This document shows, piece after piece, positions 27,529 to 41,800 of a stretch of DNA of 64,000 nucleotides. Position numbers and translations under genes: made by a program. The notes beneath the pieces were generated by a model. That model was not told where the DNA came from. It made no database searches and was given only the letters and a program-made list of their open reading frames with translations. Source of the DNA: Gnetum montanum (taxonomy: Eukaryota > Plantae > Gnetophyta); the NCBI GenBank assembly GCA_015680685.1, contig MNCI01000811.1, positions 112,381-176,380 of the forward strand, read 5' to 3'. Every line of letters starts with the position of its first letter. Position 1 is the stretch's first letter.

Positions 27529-28099
27529 TGTAACATCCCATCCATGGTTAAGGGTGAAAATGTATTATATAAATGTAATCAACCTTCAAATAAAAGAGTG
27601 CCTCATTATGAAGAGTTATGATTATTCATGTATCCCTCAAGAATGGGTTTTAACTATGCTATTTAAGGCTGGATTTAGAGGTCATGTTAAGCATGGAGTT
27701 GCAAAGCTTGGAAAGGCAAGTGATGAGCATCAAGTGAAGTAAGACAAGAAGGAACTAATCAACCCTTTAGTTGGATAGCCTAACCATGTTGGTAGTGCCA
27801 AATTGCCTCTAAGGCTTAAGTGACATGGAAAGATAACCCAAAGGGTGTTACAGTAATCTTTCTTATTAATGAAATATTTCTCCATTTTTCCTTCCTATTG
27901 CATGTACCAATTATTCATTTACCAATAATTCATTGATCAGAGTATTTTATGATATTTCCATTATGCTACTTATGAATGTTATGAATTAAGAAATGAATGA
28001 TCATGTTTTTATGAAATTCGGGAATGAGATGTTACATTTGGTATTAGAGAAAACCATGATTTATGAGCCAAATTGGAAGAAAATATTATATTATTATTG

Positions 28100-30490
28100 T
28101 TAGTATAAGAAACAAAAGTACATCCAAGTAGAATACATGTAAAAGAAGAAGTAGAACACAAGAATAGGAAAGATATGGAATAAGGAAGCACAATAGTGAT
28201 CATTTGTTTGATGAAATGAGTCAAGGATATTTGAGAATATCTTCAATTGTGTTTCCCATTCTTCATTGATGGCATCTATTTTGCTAAGCACTAGCTTGTA
28301 TCCCACCAACCCATCACAAAATTTCTTGATGTACTTAGTGGCACTCTTTGCTACAACCACTGATTCCTTGCTTATCTTAAGTTGGGCATCTAGTATCTCC
28401 ATCTGAATTGATTGATCATGCATGTCTTTTTTCCATTATTTCTATTTCCTCTACACAAAACTAGATTCAAATTATGAGTATGAACAAAAACATCTAATAG
28501 AAAGAAGAAAAAGAAAAGAGAAAAGAACTACTCGCCTAAAGACAATTGTTATCAATTTGAAGAAACCATTCACGTGTCTATAGATGGCAAGCCAAACATG
28601 TGGCACTCTTCAATTCTCTTAACAGTTACTCTAGATCTTTGGCAACTTCCTAAGAATCCTCAAGAATTGGATAGAAAGATAATGGAGCACTAGCATGTAC
28701 TAATTCATAGTCTTTCTTGAAGTTGCATGATTGGGATGCTTGTATGTGGTAGATATCCTCACAAATAGAGGCAGGTTTGTTTTTGGTAATTTGTTGACAA
28801 AGATGCTAAAGAAGCATGAGTTCTTCTTTGGCATCCACCACTATCTATCCCATTGAATAGGGGGAACCCAAGATAGACAAAGAAGGAATTATTGGAACAA
28901 ATGCAAGAGCTAGTGTCGACACCACCTATGGTAAGGAATCCCTTACAAAAATTACATGAATAGATCACACATGAAATGATCTAGATGGAGGAATGAGAGT
29001 TTGTTTAAAACTTGCACTTACAGTATCATCTCTCTCCATTTCTTAGATAAAGTACCTTTGACCTAGAGACATCTATAACACAAAAATGTCAACATCATAC
29101 AAGAAGAGAAAATGGGAAGTATTCAAAGCTTAAAATAATTAAAGCTTAACTTTGGTTCCTTTCCCTTATCCTATCTTGTATTTTGTTTCTGAGCTTGTTG
29201 TTGGGTTTGTTATTTTGTTTTTTGTATTATAACTAATAGGCTACCAAAACCTTGCCTAGTACATTGCCTTTGTAAAAAGAAATTTATTAGAAAAGAAAAT
29301 ATACATGTAAAATAATAAAATAGGATATTATTTACATATATCTATATATACCTTGGAGCTAGTAAGTTCAATTTTTTCTTGGTACAAAACCCATCTAAAG
29401 GATGAACCACCTTGAATGGATGAAGTACGTTGAACATCCTCTATTTATGCATCTTCAGCTTGTGGACCTTGAACCGGCTGATTCTATAACCCAAATTGCA
29501 TTGTCGATACATAAAAAGACATAAGGAATAATAAGAATTATATATATATATATGCTTTGTTGCTTTCCTCTTAATTTTTGGCTTGTTGCAAAACCATTTG
29601 ACCCCTCCTTGCACCCTCAATCTAACTTTTTATAACTCTATCCTCTTCAAGAAATTTAGGACATAAACTAGGATTGTAATGACTAAAACGTTTGGTGGAA
29701 GGGTTGCAACTTAAGATTAAACACATGATCCAAGGTATGAAACATATGACATAAGATAGTAGCTACTCCATTCATGGCATTGTACAAGGCAGAAAAACAA
29801 GATAATAACCAATCATAAACTCTACCATTTCTAGTATCATGAAGTATAAAAGTGGAATGGGTGCTAACATAAGATTGGTGTTGATGCCATAAGACCTTAC
29901 TATGGATGAATTGACACAAATCATAGTGAATTTCATTAATGAAATCTTCACAAAGAAATTGGCTTTTGCAAACAAAAAAATCAAGAACATAATCAAATAA
30001 TTCATTTTGACAAAATAATTTAAACCTAGGAGATAAACCAGAGGGAATTAAAGGATCCTCATCATATCAAAAACCAAAAAATGTTCAAGTTTTAGCAAGA
30101 TTAATTTTTAGTGCTCCAAAAAGTAATTGTGATGTAGAACTTCCATTTTTATTATATTGATTACACCATTCAACTATTAAGCTTTTGCAATATTTTGCCT
30201 TGAAAATAAGGAAGACAAGTAATTCAGATAATCATGAAGACATAAGATACTGGAACTCCTCCTTCTTAAGTAAAATACACACATGATTAGAAGAAAAAAT
30301 TACATTATTTTCATGCAAAAAAATGGATACCGATTTGCTACTACTTGAAGGAGCTAAAGGAGCTTGGGGTTGGGAAGGACCTAGAGAAGTAGCTTGACAC
30401 TTTGGAGTTATGATGTTAATTAGAATTCTTGATATGTAGGAATTTTGCAATCTTTGAAAATTTTTTCTTCAATCCTCCATTGATATTGTG
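28100..30490 (-). pseudogene. Decayed antisense multi-exon gene of unknown function (coiled-coil C-terminal part)
   Basis: Minus-strand ORF pieces 28100-28423 and 29772-30005, separated by T-rich intron-like tracts; donor-like sites near 29352, 29020 and 28530; TATA-like site near 30520. Confidence 0.45.
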
Positions 30491-32252
30491 TTATGATGGA
30501 AAAAGAATTCTTTCTTCCATATTTATAAAAGAACAATAAGGACCTTAGTGGTAGAAAAGAGGAAGTGCCAATTTAAGTTAATTAATGTCAAGCTAATGCT
30601 TAATTTTCATGATTTTTTTATTGATAGGTTAATCAAAATGGTGCTATCTCTAGTTCAACATGTAGTGTTTTCTAAGATGATTCCAACAGCACCAATTTCA
30701 TTGAAATTCAAGTTATGATTTGGGAGATATGGTGTTTCTTGGGTTACATGTAGTTTTAAAATTACAAAAGTGCTTTTTAAAATTTAAAATTTATTTTTTA
30801 AAATTTTCTTTTAAAAAATTAAGGGAAAAGTGGAAGGTTATGGGTTGAACCCTAAACCCTAATATTATTTATCATTTATTTAAAAAAATTTGAGAAAAAA
30901 GTGAGAGGTCGCAGGTTCGAACCTGAACCCTAATATTATTGAATATTTTTAAAAAATCAAAGGGTGTGTAGGCCCAACAAGGGCTATGATAATCCTATGA
31001 GGGCTATGCTAATCTTGTAGGGGCCACATTGACCCTACAAGGGCTATGTTGATCCTACAAGGGCCACATTGATCCTAAAAGGATTGTGCAGGCCCTATAG
31101 ACAAGGTAGTGTAGCCCTGTGTGGGGCCATGTTAGGCTTAAGGATCAATGTAGCCTTCATTTCAAAGGCCACCATCCTCTAACACTCTACTCCATCATCA
31201 TACTTTAATGTCTATTATTCAGCCTGCTGCTCTGCTCTACCTACCACTCCACCCACCATAACCACTGCTCTATCCCACCATGACAACTTGTTGCCACTCC
31301 TCCTAGCCATGCATCATGCATGACTAATTCCGCCTACCATCACATGTCCTACTGCACCATGCTCCACTACTACCCAACACTCCACCACTATCCATTTCCA
31401 ACACCATTGCTACTATTTGATGGCACCATTTATAATGGCCCATTCCAGTGCTCTATAGGCACCAATGGCATCATCCATAATGGCTCATTCTAGTGCTTTG
31501 TAGACACCAACAATGTTATCTATAATGGATTATTTTGGCTCTCTGTGGACATTGATGATATCATCCATAATGATCCATTCTAATGCTTCATCAATGCCAA
31601 TGATACCATTCATAATGGCTCATTCCAATGCCCCATGGGCACTAATAGTGCTATCGATAATGATCCATTTTAGTGTAGTCTAGCATTGAAAACCCCAAAA
31701 ATCACATGTAATGCTACCTTTAGAGTGGGCCATGCTAGCTCTTATGAGGACCACACAAACTCTAGAGTGGGCTACGTAGATTTCTTTTAAGGCCACATAG
31801 ACCCCTTTGAGGGCAACACAATCCATGTGAAGGCTATGTGCCCTACATAGGCCCCCGTTCCCACAAGCCATGCTACACTAGCCTAAAGCTACCCCACAAC
31901 CAGAAAGAACATTATCGTGCAAAGGCCTCCATTGACATTGCCATACATCAATCCTCCCCCATAGTAACTATCTCCAACGCATGTTTGTTTCCCTCCTTCC
32001 TAGATACTAATCTACTTCTAACATTGCCTACTTTACCCTAGAAACTATTGCCAGTGTGCCACTACAACCATTACTACCCACCATCTCTACCTGCCATGTA
32101 ACGGAAAAATTATCTGTCATCAAATGAAAAATTCAAAATTCCTATCAACTGATAGATAATTCAAAGTTCCCATCATTGAAACATTAAATTAAATTAATAA
32201 TGCATGGATATAATTTTCAAAAATAAAATTTCATGCCTTGCTAGAAATGAGG

Positions 32253-32320
32253 ATAAAAATTCCATAATTAAGCATGCTCATTCTAGAGTAGAACTAGGAT
32301 GGATGACCTCTTAGGAAGTT
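32253..32320 (+). promoter_or_regulatory. Second 5S rRNA-derived internal control region
   Basis: Gap-free manual alignment to the 5S consensus, 51/68 identical, including AGAGTAG.ACTAGGATGG.TGACCTC..GGAAGT. Confidence 0.85.
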
Positions 32321-32669
32321 TTGAAAATCATGTTGGTTTCTACAAACTTAAAACATCCATAACTTTTGAATTTCAAGTCCATTTTAAACCAAATAAAAAA
32401 TGATTCCAATAGAAGTAAACCTATTGAATGCAATGGAATGGTCAAATTTATCTTTCGAACAATAGAAAATTACCTTTTAATCCATTACTTAAAGTTCTAA
32501 AAGAAATTAGGATTCAGTGGTCAAGTATATATTCATGATAGTTTCAACTTCTTATATAATCAATTAACTATCTTGAGATCCATAAAAATGGTCATAGAGG
32601 CTAAGGATTGCCAACATGCCTAATTTCCTCAACTTATTGATGTCTAGAAACCAAAGAGTACATTGGAGA

Positions 32670-33300
32670 GTGATGGAGACCCAAGTCAATGACCAAATGA
32701 ATGCCCTAGAGGATCAAATTAATGAGATCACTGATATTCAAGAAGAGCTTCATCAATCAAATCAATGGTTTAGGAAAAAAATTTAGAATATGTCTAAAGA
32801 AATTAGAAAATTGTCCTAGAGTTTAGAGGATAAATGGTCAAATGTGCAAGGAAAGATGGATTCCTTTGCACATTTCATCAAGCAATTAACCAACCTTCAA
32901 ATCCAAACCATGTTCAACCTAGGGATCAACACCAAGATTAGTCCCTAAATTATAGAGATCAAAATCAAGATCAACTTTCCCCTAAAGATCTACATCGGAA
33001 CCAATCCCCACCTACTAAAAACCAAGATACTAATAACTCTTCCTTAGGTTGAAGAATAGAAACAATAGATGAAGGATATGGAAATTAACATAATGCACCC
33101 AAAGAATCACTAACACAAGTTCATTCTAAGAAGGTAAAATTAGATCACTACAATGGAGCCCCTGGATCTAATGCCAAGATGAAAGATTAGCTTGATACAA
33201 TGAAAAATTTGATATGTACAATTTGTCAAGCCAAGTTTAAAAGCTATCTACTTATATTTAAGAGGACTTTTAGCAACATGGTGGAATGTATTGAGATCTC
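32670..33300 (+). pseudogene. gag N-terminal remnant
   Basis: Coiled-coil start, KVKLDHYNG, decayed W L..M motif, LATWW. Confidence 0.55.
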
Positions 33301-33377
33301 AATATTTTATTATGTTTTGATTGAAAACCTAAATTTACTAAACATATTAAGTGCTTCCCTCCATGGCCATTCCATTT

Positions 33378-34101
33378 ACTAAAAGTAGTGTTCGGGGCAC
33401 CCCTTCCACACTGGAGATGAATCTTCCACACTAAGCTCTCCACCATGCTTGTTGAAGTGGTTGGTCAATTTTGAAAGGCATAACTTGATGAATTTTACTT
33501 CTTAGGGCTTCCATGCTAGGAGTTTGAATTTTCCATATTAAGGGAAAACTTTCTAGGCTGAGGGGAAAGTTTCCAAGCTAGGGGGAATACTTTCTAGGCT
33601 GAGGGGAAAGATTCCAAGCTGGGGGGAACTTTCCAATTTGAGGGAAAATTTTCCAAGCTGGGGAAAACGTTTCCACATTGGGGGAAGACTTTATAATTTG
33701 AGGGAAAAGTTTCCAAGCTAGGGGAAAACTTTCTAGTTTGAGGGAAAAGCTTACAAAATGTATCTTTGGTCTCCACATTGAAGGACAAAAACGTTTTCAA
33801 ACCCCCCACCCTTTCACATTGGGGATAGGTGAGATCTATCCCCCTACATGTGTTTTCAGTGTAGAAAAATGTCTATCACCCATAAAGCCCATCAAATTTT
33901 CTTTTTTGGCACTCCAAAAGACATTTTTGAAACCACCCCACCCCCCAAGCACAAATATAAACACTATGTAACCTTTTTTCACTTGGGGAATGAGGCTTTG
34001 ACCACTTATGAGACATTTTTTAGCTCCAAAAGTATAAATTATGTAAAATTACTCATTGTGGGTTACAAATTTCACATTTACAATGAAATTTTACCTCTAG
34101 T
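33378..34101. repeat. Small non-coding insertion with a ~21-bp GGGAAAA(G/C)TTTCCAAGCT tandem (33540-33750); possibly MITE- or Helitron-like
   Basis: Tandem units are clear. The ends ACTAAAAGTAG / TTACCTCTAGT are imperfectly inverted, with a GGGGCACCCC hairpin near the left end. Confidence 0.45.
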
Positions 34102-34149
34102 TTAAAGTTGTAGCAGACCATTAAAAGTAGGCTTGCCTATTGATGATCT

Positions 34150-36430
34150 GTCAGCTACATGTAATATGGCTTCAGATAGGAATGATTGACTAGATTGGCT
34201 AGCTCATTCCCATTTATGTTGGTTATTTTGAATGTTCCATTTCCATAGGCTTTGGTAATAAGAAAGGACCCTTCTTATTTGGTTGAGAATTTTTCTGCAT
34301 TCTCACGAATGGCCTTGAGGATGAGGTCCCCCTTCTTAATCTTGTGCATGATTAGGTTATGGTGATGTTATCTCTTCTACCTCTCTTGATAGTGCTTGAT
34401 GTGAGAAAGCACTTGCATATGTTTTTCTCCCACCAAATCTAGCATTGCTATCCACAACTCCTTACTCTACTCATTGCTAATGAAGTTGTTCAAGGCTACT
34501 CGAAGCAATGGTACTTGCAATTCAAGAGGTAAAATAGCTTTAGAACCATAAACAAGGCTATAAGGAGTCATGTCAATTATCATGCAATAGGTTTTTCTAT
34601 ATGCGCATAGTACATGGATAAGCCACTCATGCCACTTCTACTTACTATTGTTGTGCATCTTCTTAAGCAAGTTGATGATGGCCTTGTTGCTTGCTTCTAC
34701 TTGTCCATTGGCTTGGGGGTAGTAAGGTGACGAGAAAGAATGCTTAATGTTTAAGTTGTGATAAAAATCCTTGGTTTCTTGGCTACTGAATTGAGGTCCA
34801 TTTTCTGTAACTATGATCATGGGTATGCCAAAACAAGCTACAATGTTGTCTAGGATAAACTTGCAAACTTTTTTAAATGTGGTCTTCCTTAGGGGAATAG
34901 CTTCAATACACTTGGTAAAGTATTCAGTTGCATTGATGATGAAGCTATGTCCTATGGTAGATTTAGGTGTTATGGGTCCAATGATATTCAATCCCCATTG
35001 TTGAAATGGCCATGTTATCTAGGTCATATGCAACTCAATTGCTAATACATGTATCAAGTTTCTATATTGTTGGCATGTGACGCATCGCTTAACCTTTTGT
35101 AGACAGTTATTTTCCATATGGGGCCAATAGTAGCCTAACCATCTAGTATTAGTAGCCATGGCTCTAGGTCCTATATGTCTACCACAAACACCCTCATGAA
35201 CCTCTTCTAGGACTATTTTAGCTTTAGTTTTTCCTAAGAACTTTAGAAGTATGCCATCATAGGACTGTCAACATAATGTGTTGTCACCCATAATGGCATA
35301 CTACTTTAACCACGTACATATGACATTTTTCTGAGAAGTAGTCAAGCTCTATGATGATTCACCATGCATAAGCTAAATTTTGATATTGTCATGCCACTCC
35401 TTGGAAGGAGTAGTATGAATGATGGCCACAAATGTATCCTTAATGTTCTATGTAATGGGAATACTACAATCCATAGTTAAGGTGGGAAACTTGCTAAACA
35501 CATTTGGCATCACACTAAGGGCTAATGTTGCAATTACATTAGCTATGGTATTTTCATTTTGAGGTATGCGTTGGATATCAACTTCTATGAATTCTTGTAG
35601 TATTTTCTTCCCTAGGCCACAGTAAGGTTGTAAGTGCTTAGCTTTTCATGCATAGACTTCAATTACATAGTTAACCATGAGTTGTGAATAACCTTTGAAG
35701 GTTAGGCATCTAATTCCTAGGTCACAAGCTACCATCATCCCTTTGATCAAACCCTTAGATTTTGCTATGTTTTTGGTACAAGGGAACTTGAAATGATAGG
35801 AAAAGGATTGGATTTCACCAAATGGGAATGTTATGATGGAAATAACACTAGCCCCATGGGTGGTTAAAGCTCTATCAAAGTTCATGACTACCTAAGAACC
35901 GTCAAGCACTTGGCTAATTGTATTAACGTGTTCATCAGGGAACTCAAGGTCTATGGTTACTTGGTCATGAACTAGTGAAACTGTGAGTTTTACGACTATA
36001 GCTTGACCTTTTGTTAAGGATTAAGAGATATAATGGAGGTCAAACTCTATAGTTATGGCTTTCCATCGAGCTATATGGCTACTTTCATAGATGTTGACCA
36101 TTATGGCTCTGAGTATGTTATCCCTGCAAACTATGTTGACTTGGCTTCTAAAGAGGTAGTGTCTCCATTTCTTCAAAAAAAAGAAAAGACTAGTGCTAGA
36201 CAATGCTTCTCCACTTCAGTGTATCAAGTCTCATGGGCTACTAATGCATGGGTAAGGTAGTATACAGGAATTTTTACTTCATCATCATGTTTCTAACAAA
36301 GTAGAGAGGCAATGGATGTATCAAAAATGGCAAGATAAATGTCAAATGGTTTACACTCTTACAAAGGATAGACTGTATGTAGCTATGTTAATACTTGCTT
36401 AAGGTTTTCAAAGGCTTCTTGCCATTAAGT
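34150..36430 (-). pseudogene. Tat-type pol fragment (RH-aRH-INT), homologous to 59100-61370
   Basis: KKWRHYLF..ARWK; MNFDRA..FPCTKNIA..KGYSQL; YPQANGQVEASNK. Confidence 0.9.
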
Positions 36431-38819
36431 TGTGAAACACCATAAATTTTAGGACTCATGATTTAGTAGAGTCTCAAAATTTGGGCAAGGATCTCTACAA
36501 GCATGGTGTCACATTGGACCATTTAAATAATATGGCACCCTAGAAGTCCTAATGCTTGCAAAATTACTTTTGAACTTGCCTACCACCCTCTACAGCAGAA
36601 TCAATGTAGCACCTAGCCACAAGGCCAATTTGCATAAAAGAGGCACCAAGGGTAGATCGTACAGTCCAGCAAATTTTCTATCACTCAGGCTAATAAGCTT
36701 GCTACACCTTCTAGGTTGCCCAACTTGATGCCTGACCGAGCTAATGGTGTACCCAGGAACCATGCTAGGAGTTGTTGAAAGTGTTCAGGATGAGTGAAAT
36801 AGTTTTTCAAGTTTTCTAACTATGAGACTTGCTATGCTACATAACATAGTAGGCCTAGAGGAGACTAAACAAGCACCAAAGATGTAGTTGCGAATAACTC
36901 AGCCCTTGGGGTACCTACCCTATTTCATCCCTGAAGCATGAACAACGTGATGTAGCAAAAATGTGGCAAATTTCATCAAGAATCCTCTTCATTTGAGCGC
37001 TATGTTATGTTACACTACACAACATAGCACAACATTGCAAGGTTCTACTATGGCAATGCTTCCGCACAGACTGAGTTTGGTGAAGTGACCATATTTTCCC
37101 CTACCTTAACCATCAAGCATGCTTACTTTTCCAACACACTAGGACATGATCCTTATCCCATGACAAAATGTTTGCAAAATGAGTTAGAATTCAAGCAACA
37201 CAGGGTTGTACATTGTGCTATGCTACGCAGCGTAGCATAGCATAGTAGGGACAGAACACAGAAAGGTCCTCTACCAAGTGGTTTTTGCAAGATACTTGCA
37301 CTTGGGCACACTCTGGCCTTCAAGATTTTCTATCCTACTTTACCCTTAAGCCCCAAGCAAATTTTCTTGAGAAATAATTGTAGATCATACAAGAATTCAT
37401 GTCACATTGGCTGCTACGCTATGCTACATTGCATAGCGTAGCATAGCGTAGTAGGGACACAAAGCCTAAAAGTGTCCCAAGGATGAACTTCACAGGGCCC
37501 ATGACCTTTCAACTTGGAAAGCAGGGTTGCTAATTGTTGTAGTTTCTTGTCTAGCAACATGTTTTCAGTTTTTGGGAAAAAAACATTTCTCTCAAGACAG
37601 GCGGCTACACTATGCAACGTAGCGCAGTGTAGCATGTAGGTGTCTATGCTACACAGATATGCTAAGTAGCATAAACAATGTAACACTGGCATGGAAGCAT
37701 CAGGACATCTCTGGTTAGCTCCAGAACTTGTTGGCAATGGTCACTCTCATCTTGACATTTCTTCAACAAACAAGGATCAGCAAGTTTGCATTTCTTTCAC
37801 CCCCGTTATTACTCCCAAAGTTGTCCCTATGCTTGACCTTGCTCGCAAGAGTAGGGAAGACATAGTCCTAGAGCACAGGCTCCACTTTGCATTCATCATT
37901 GGAATTCTTTGTAATAGACATGGTAGTTCCCTAGATTTTGGCACATACAATTTGAAGAGTATGGTCACAGCGTAGTAGGTTTCACATCTAGCATTACACA
38001 GCAGCATAGCACAGTCACATTTGCACTTTGTGGAACCCAGGACATGTGGCATCCAAACCACATCTTTTTCCTACTCCTAATTCTATAAATACCTTGAAAA
38101 AAAATGTTCAAAGGGTTGGTTTTTAAGGTTGGCTTTTGGCATTTTCTGGCTTTTGGACTAGGCTTTCTTGTGACTAGTATTTTGACATTTGGCTCTCTCA
38201 CGATGGGCTTTTGCAAAGAGACTGGCGAGCAGATAGTTAACAAGTAGCAAACCCTAGTAGCAACATCTCTCAATCTCTTCTATCCTAGCAAGCACTGGCT
38301 CATCAGTCCCTATTAGTAGGCTGTTGTCAATAGTCCAAGACCTATGACCATATTGTTCCATTGTAAGTTGTGCCTATCCACACTACGCATCAATTGTACA
38401 GCTTTAGTAAAACAAAGATCAAATCCCCTGATCTTAGGATGGTGCACTCTCTCACTCAAGCCTATTTCATTTTTTTTCTATTACCATATTTTTTATCATT
38501 ACTTATTAGTTTAAGTTTATCAGTTAAATAACACATAATGTCTTTAAAACAATTTTTTATGAAAGGTTATTATACACTGGTTAAGTCCTTGTCTGATCAA
38601 CCGGACCATTCAGGGAACCCTGTTTTCACTATACCATGTTCACTCTATTGACTACGATATGCTGCTTGTGTCTCGTGTGGTGTAGTGAACCTTTCAGCAT
38701 AGCAGTCCTACTTAGCGTAGTAGGTGTAATAGTGAAGGAATCCAGCTTTCAACACTCCTAGTGTACCTAGTTTCAGTCTCTTTCTTTCTCTCTACAGTTT
38801 ACATTTTACAATAGAAAAT

Positions 38820-41800
38820 GATTCCCATGACCACTGCCATTCCCACCTCAAACTTGAAGGTGCCCTACGCTATCCAAAGCATAGCAAGTCCTAAGTGACC
38901 ACCCAGCCTAGTGCTAGTACAGTAATAGTCCCTTAGGCTATAGCACTTATCACTTGAGCATTTGGCACAAGACGCAGAGCGATACGATTTCCTCTATGCA
39001 AAAGTCCAAGTGAATCTACCCTTAGATCGACAAGAATACAAAGATAAACTTAATTTTGAGTTCCTCCACCAAAATGGGAGGGAGTTCATCCCTACTCCTG
39101 ATGTCACCATCTTGCTAATTGAAGTGTATCAATGGGTGCTAAACCAACTGATGCAAGTGGGTAGGTCTAGGGAATGGGACATAGCATCCCACTATGATGA
39201 AGCATTTTAGGATGGGCAGGAAGACTTGGACTCCCACTCTGAAGGTGGTGGATAGATCTACATCATAGCTATCCCTTCCATTGCTATCTTCTGGTCAAAA
39301 CTACTCTTCTCTTTTGCCCCCTTTGTTGTCGCCACAAGCCTACCATAGCCCACACCCTCTTCAATAATGGGCATTCATCCCATGTTTTCAACCTATCAAC
39401 ACACAACTCCTTCAACTTCATTTCTAGTCACCCTCCCTTCCCAGTCTATCCTGACATTGTACCCAACATTAGTCATGGTTAAGTTGCCATACATGCACAT
39501 TGTGCCTACATCACAACTGCATGCAAGTTTTCCAACTATTCCCTCATCTGCATCCATCCCACTACCAGTAGCAGACCCACTCTCAACCATGTGGTGGATG
39601 CTAACTACTTCCCTCCATACTACAAAACCCTCTCAAATGTCACATTACATCCAACCCCAAGCATACCAAATCCCATAGGTGGTACAACCAAACATAGGGC
39701 TATGGGCCACCCTGCCAACTGGGCAAGTAGCCAACCCCACGGTGCCACCAACGGCCACTGCTCCAACAGCACCACCCACTAGGTGGTGGACCACCCAGGT
39801 AGCACCACTTGCTGGAGCAGCCCCAATGATGCCTCCCATGGGACAGGCCACTACCCCAATGACGTCACCCATGATGGCTTCTTAGGCAACCCTGCAACCG
39901 TCTACAATGTCCCTGAGTCTAGATCAAGCTTTCCAACTCATCCAGACCCTCACTGAGGAAATCAAATGGCTTAAAGTCACTGGTTGTAAAACCGTGTAGG
40001 TTATGGAATTTTACCATGACAACCCTATCAGCCTGGTGATCCCTATGCTTACATTGGTCCCTGGGGTGCCACTCCCCCAATTTATAAAATACAACAGGAA
40101 GGACAATCCCAATGTGCATTTGGTGACTTTCAAGTCTGAATCTCTATTGTTACAGCCATGGCCTCACACCATCATCTACATCTTTTCCATTTCTTTAGTA
40201 GGAAAAGCTCTAGACTAGTACCGTGCACTTCCACATGCCTCCATCTCCACCCTAGAAGAGCTGTTAAGTTAGTTCATGACCTGCTTCAAGTACAACCTGA
40301 AACCGAAGGTCACACTAGATCAACTCATGAGCATCAAGAAGGATTCGCTACAACCTTAAATGGTGGTGGAGCACAACCTTAAATGAGATACGCAAGTTGA
40401 TTACCGAGGATTACTTGTTGGCCATCTTTAAGGGAGAAGTAAATGACTTCATTAAGTCTAAGCTCTACTACCTAGCCTCATGCTCACTCAACCAAGCCTT
40501 TTCTTAGACCAAGAGCATTTAGGATGTGGCCAAAGCTAGTAGGGACTTGACCTATGTCACCTATAAAAATTTCCACATTAAGAAAGACAAAGAGAAGGGC
40601 AAGGCCATAGCAACAATAGTGGCTACTGTGGCCAAAGAAACCAAGCCTAGAAACAACAACAACAAAAAGGTTGCTACAACATCCAACACTCACACCAATG
40701 CCACACCTAGCTCCAATAACACAAGATAGTCCTCAACATCAACACCTGCAGTGCCAACCTAGCCAAGGCCTAACTTTGAGTGCAAAGATCACTCCAAGTA
40801 TACCCCCTTACCCATTAAGCCTTCTAAATGTTTGAAGCAATTGTTGGAAGCCGGGTGTATACAACATAAACGGATGTCAGAGGAGGCAATCAAACACCAT
40901 CAAAGGTATTGCGAAGTTCTTAGGAACCCCTCCTTGGCTATGCCCAATGAGCCACCAGTCCCTAAGAATTTTAGGTTAGAGCATTTCTGTGACTACCACC
41001 AACTATGTGGTCATGATACAGATTACTACCTAGTACTAAAAGATGATATCCAAATGATGATTGATTAGGGCAAGCTAGTCCTAGACAAGAGCAGTCCCAT
41101 CTACCCCAAAAACTAGTTAATTCATGTTTACAAAGACCCCCTTAACACTAACAATGTGGGGTACACCATCAACATTATTGGCATTGACAATAATCCAGAA
41201 CCACCATAGCAACCATTCGTAATGCGCGTGCCTCCTTGTAATGCAGAACCACCAACAAAAACAACATTGCAAGCCCCATTTTTCCTTAAAGTTTCTCATT
41301 AGACATACACCTCATCCTTTGTGCTCAGAGTTGCACCACCACCTGTGCCAACACAATAGGCACCATTTGTCATTAAGGTGTCAAAACATCCAAGCTCCTC
41401 TACCACCCAAAGCTAGGGAATAAAAATTGCACCATAGCCTCCTCATCCAAAAAAGTGTGAAGAGTGTTTGGCAGACAAGCTAGCTAGGGAACGTATTGCC
41501 TTAGGTCCCCCTAAGCCTATCCCCTTATCTACAGTCCCTATGGCCTCTTCATCATCAGCTATTGGTGGTAGCGTACATACACAATTGATGCCCACCAAGT
41601 CAAAAAAGCTTGTTAGCCAACCTAAAACCACTCCCCCTCAGGAGATTCATCTTCTAGGATGTATAGAAGAGGAGAAGGTTGGCAAATAACAAGACGTCAA
41701 GAAGGACTTTCTCAACATCCTTACACAAGTCAAATAGGCCCTGAAGTAGACAAACACAACTTTGAGCCTATATGACCTGATAATGACTTTCAAAACACAT

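Larger units (their letters stand above)
27529..33300 (+). mobile_element. Family-A-related LTR element, 3'-truncated: LTR-PBS-antisense gene-B-box/5S cassette-gag
   Basis: LTR 27529-28036 (TGTAACATCCCA...GAGATGTTACA, partly alignable to family-A LTRs), PBS TGGTATTAGAG at 28039-28049, shared cassette, gag remnant. Confidence 0.75.

Noticed and set aside
30847-30932. Telomeric CCCTAAA repeats
   Set aside because: Only 1-2 units, part of the cassette next to the B-box-like motifs.
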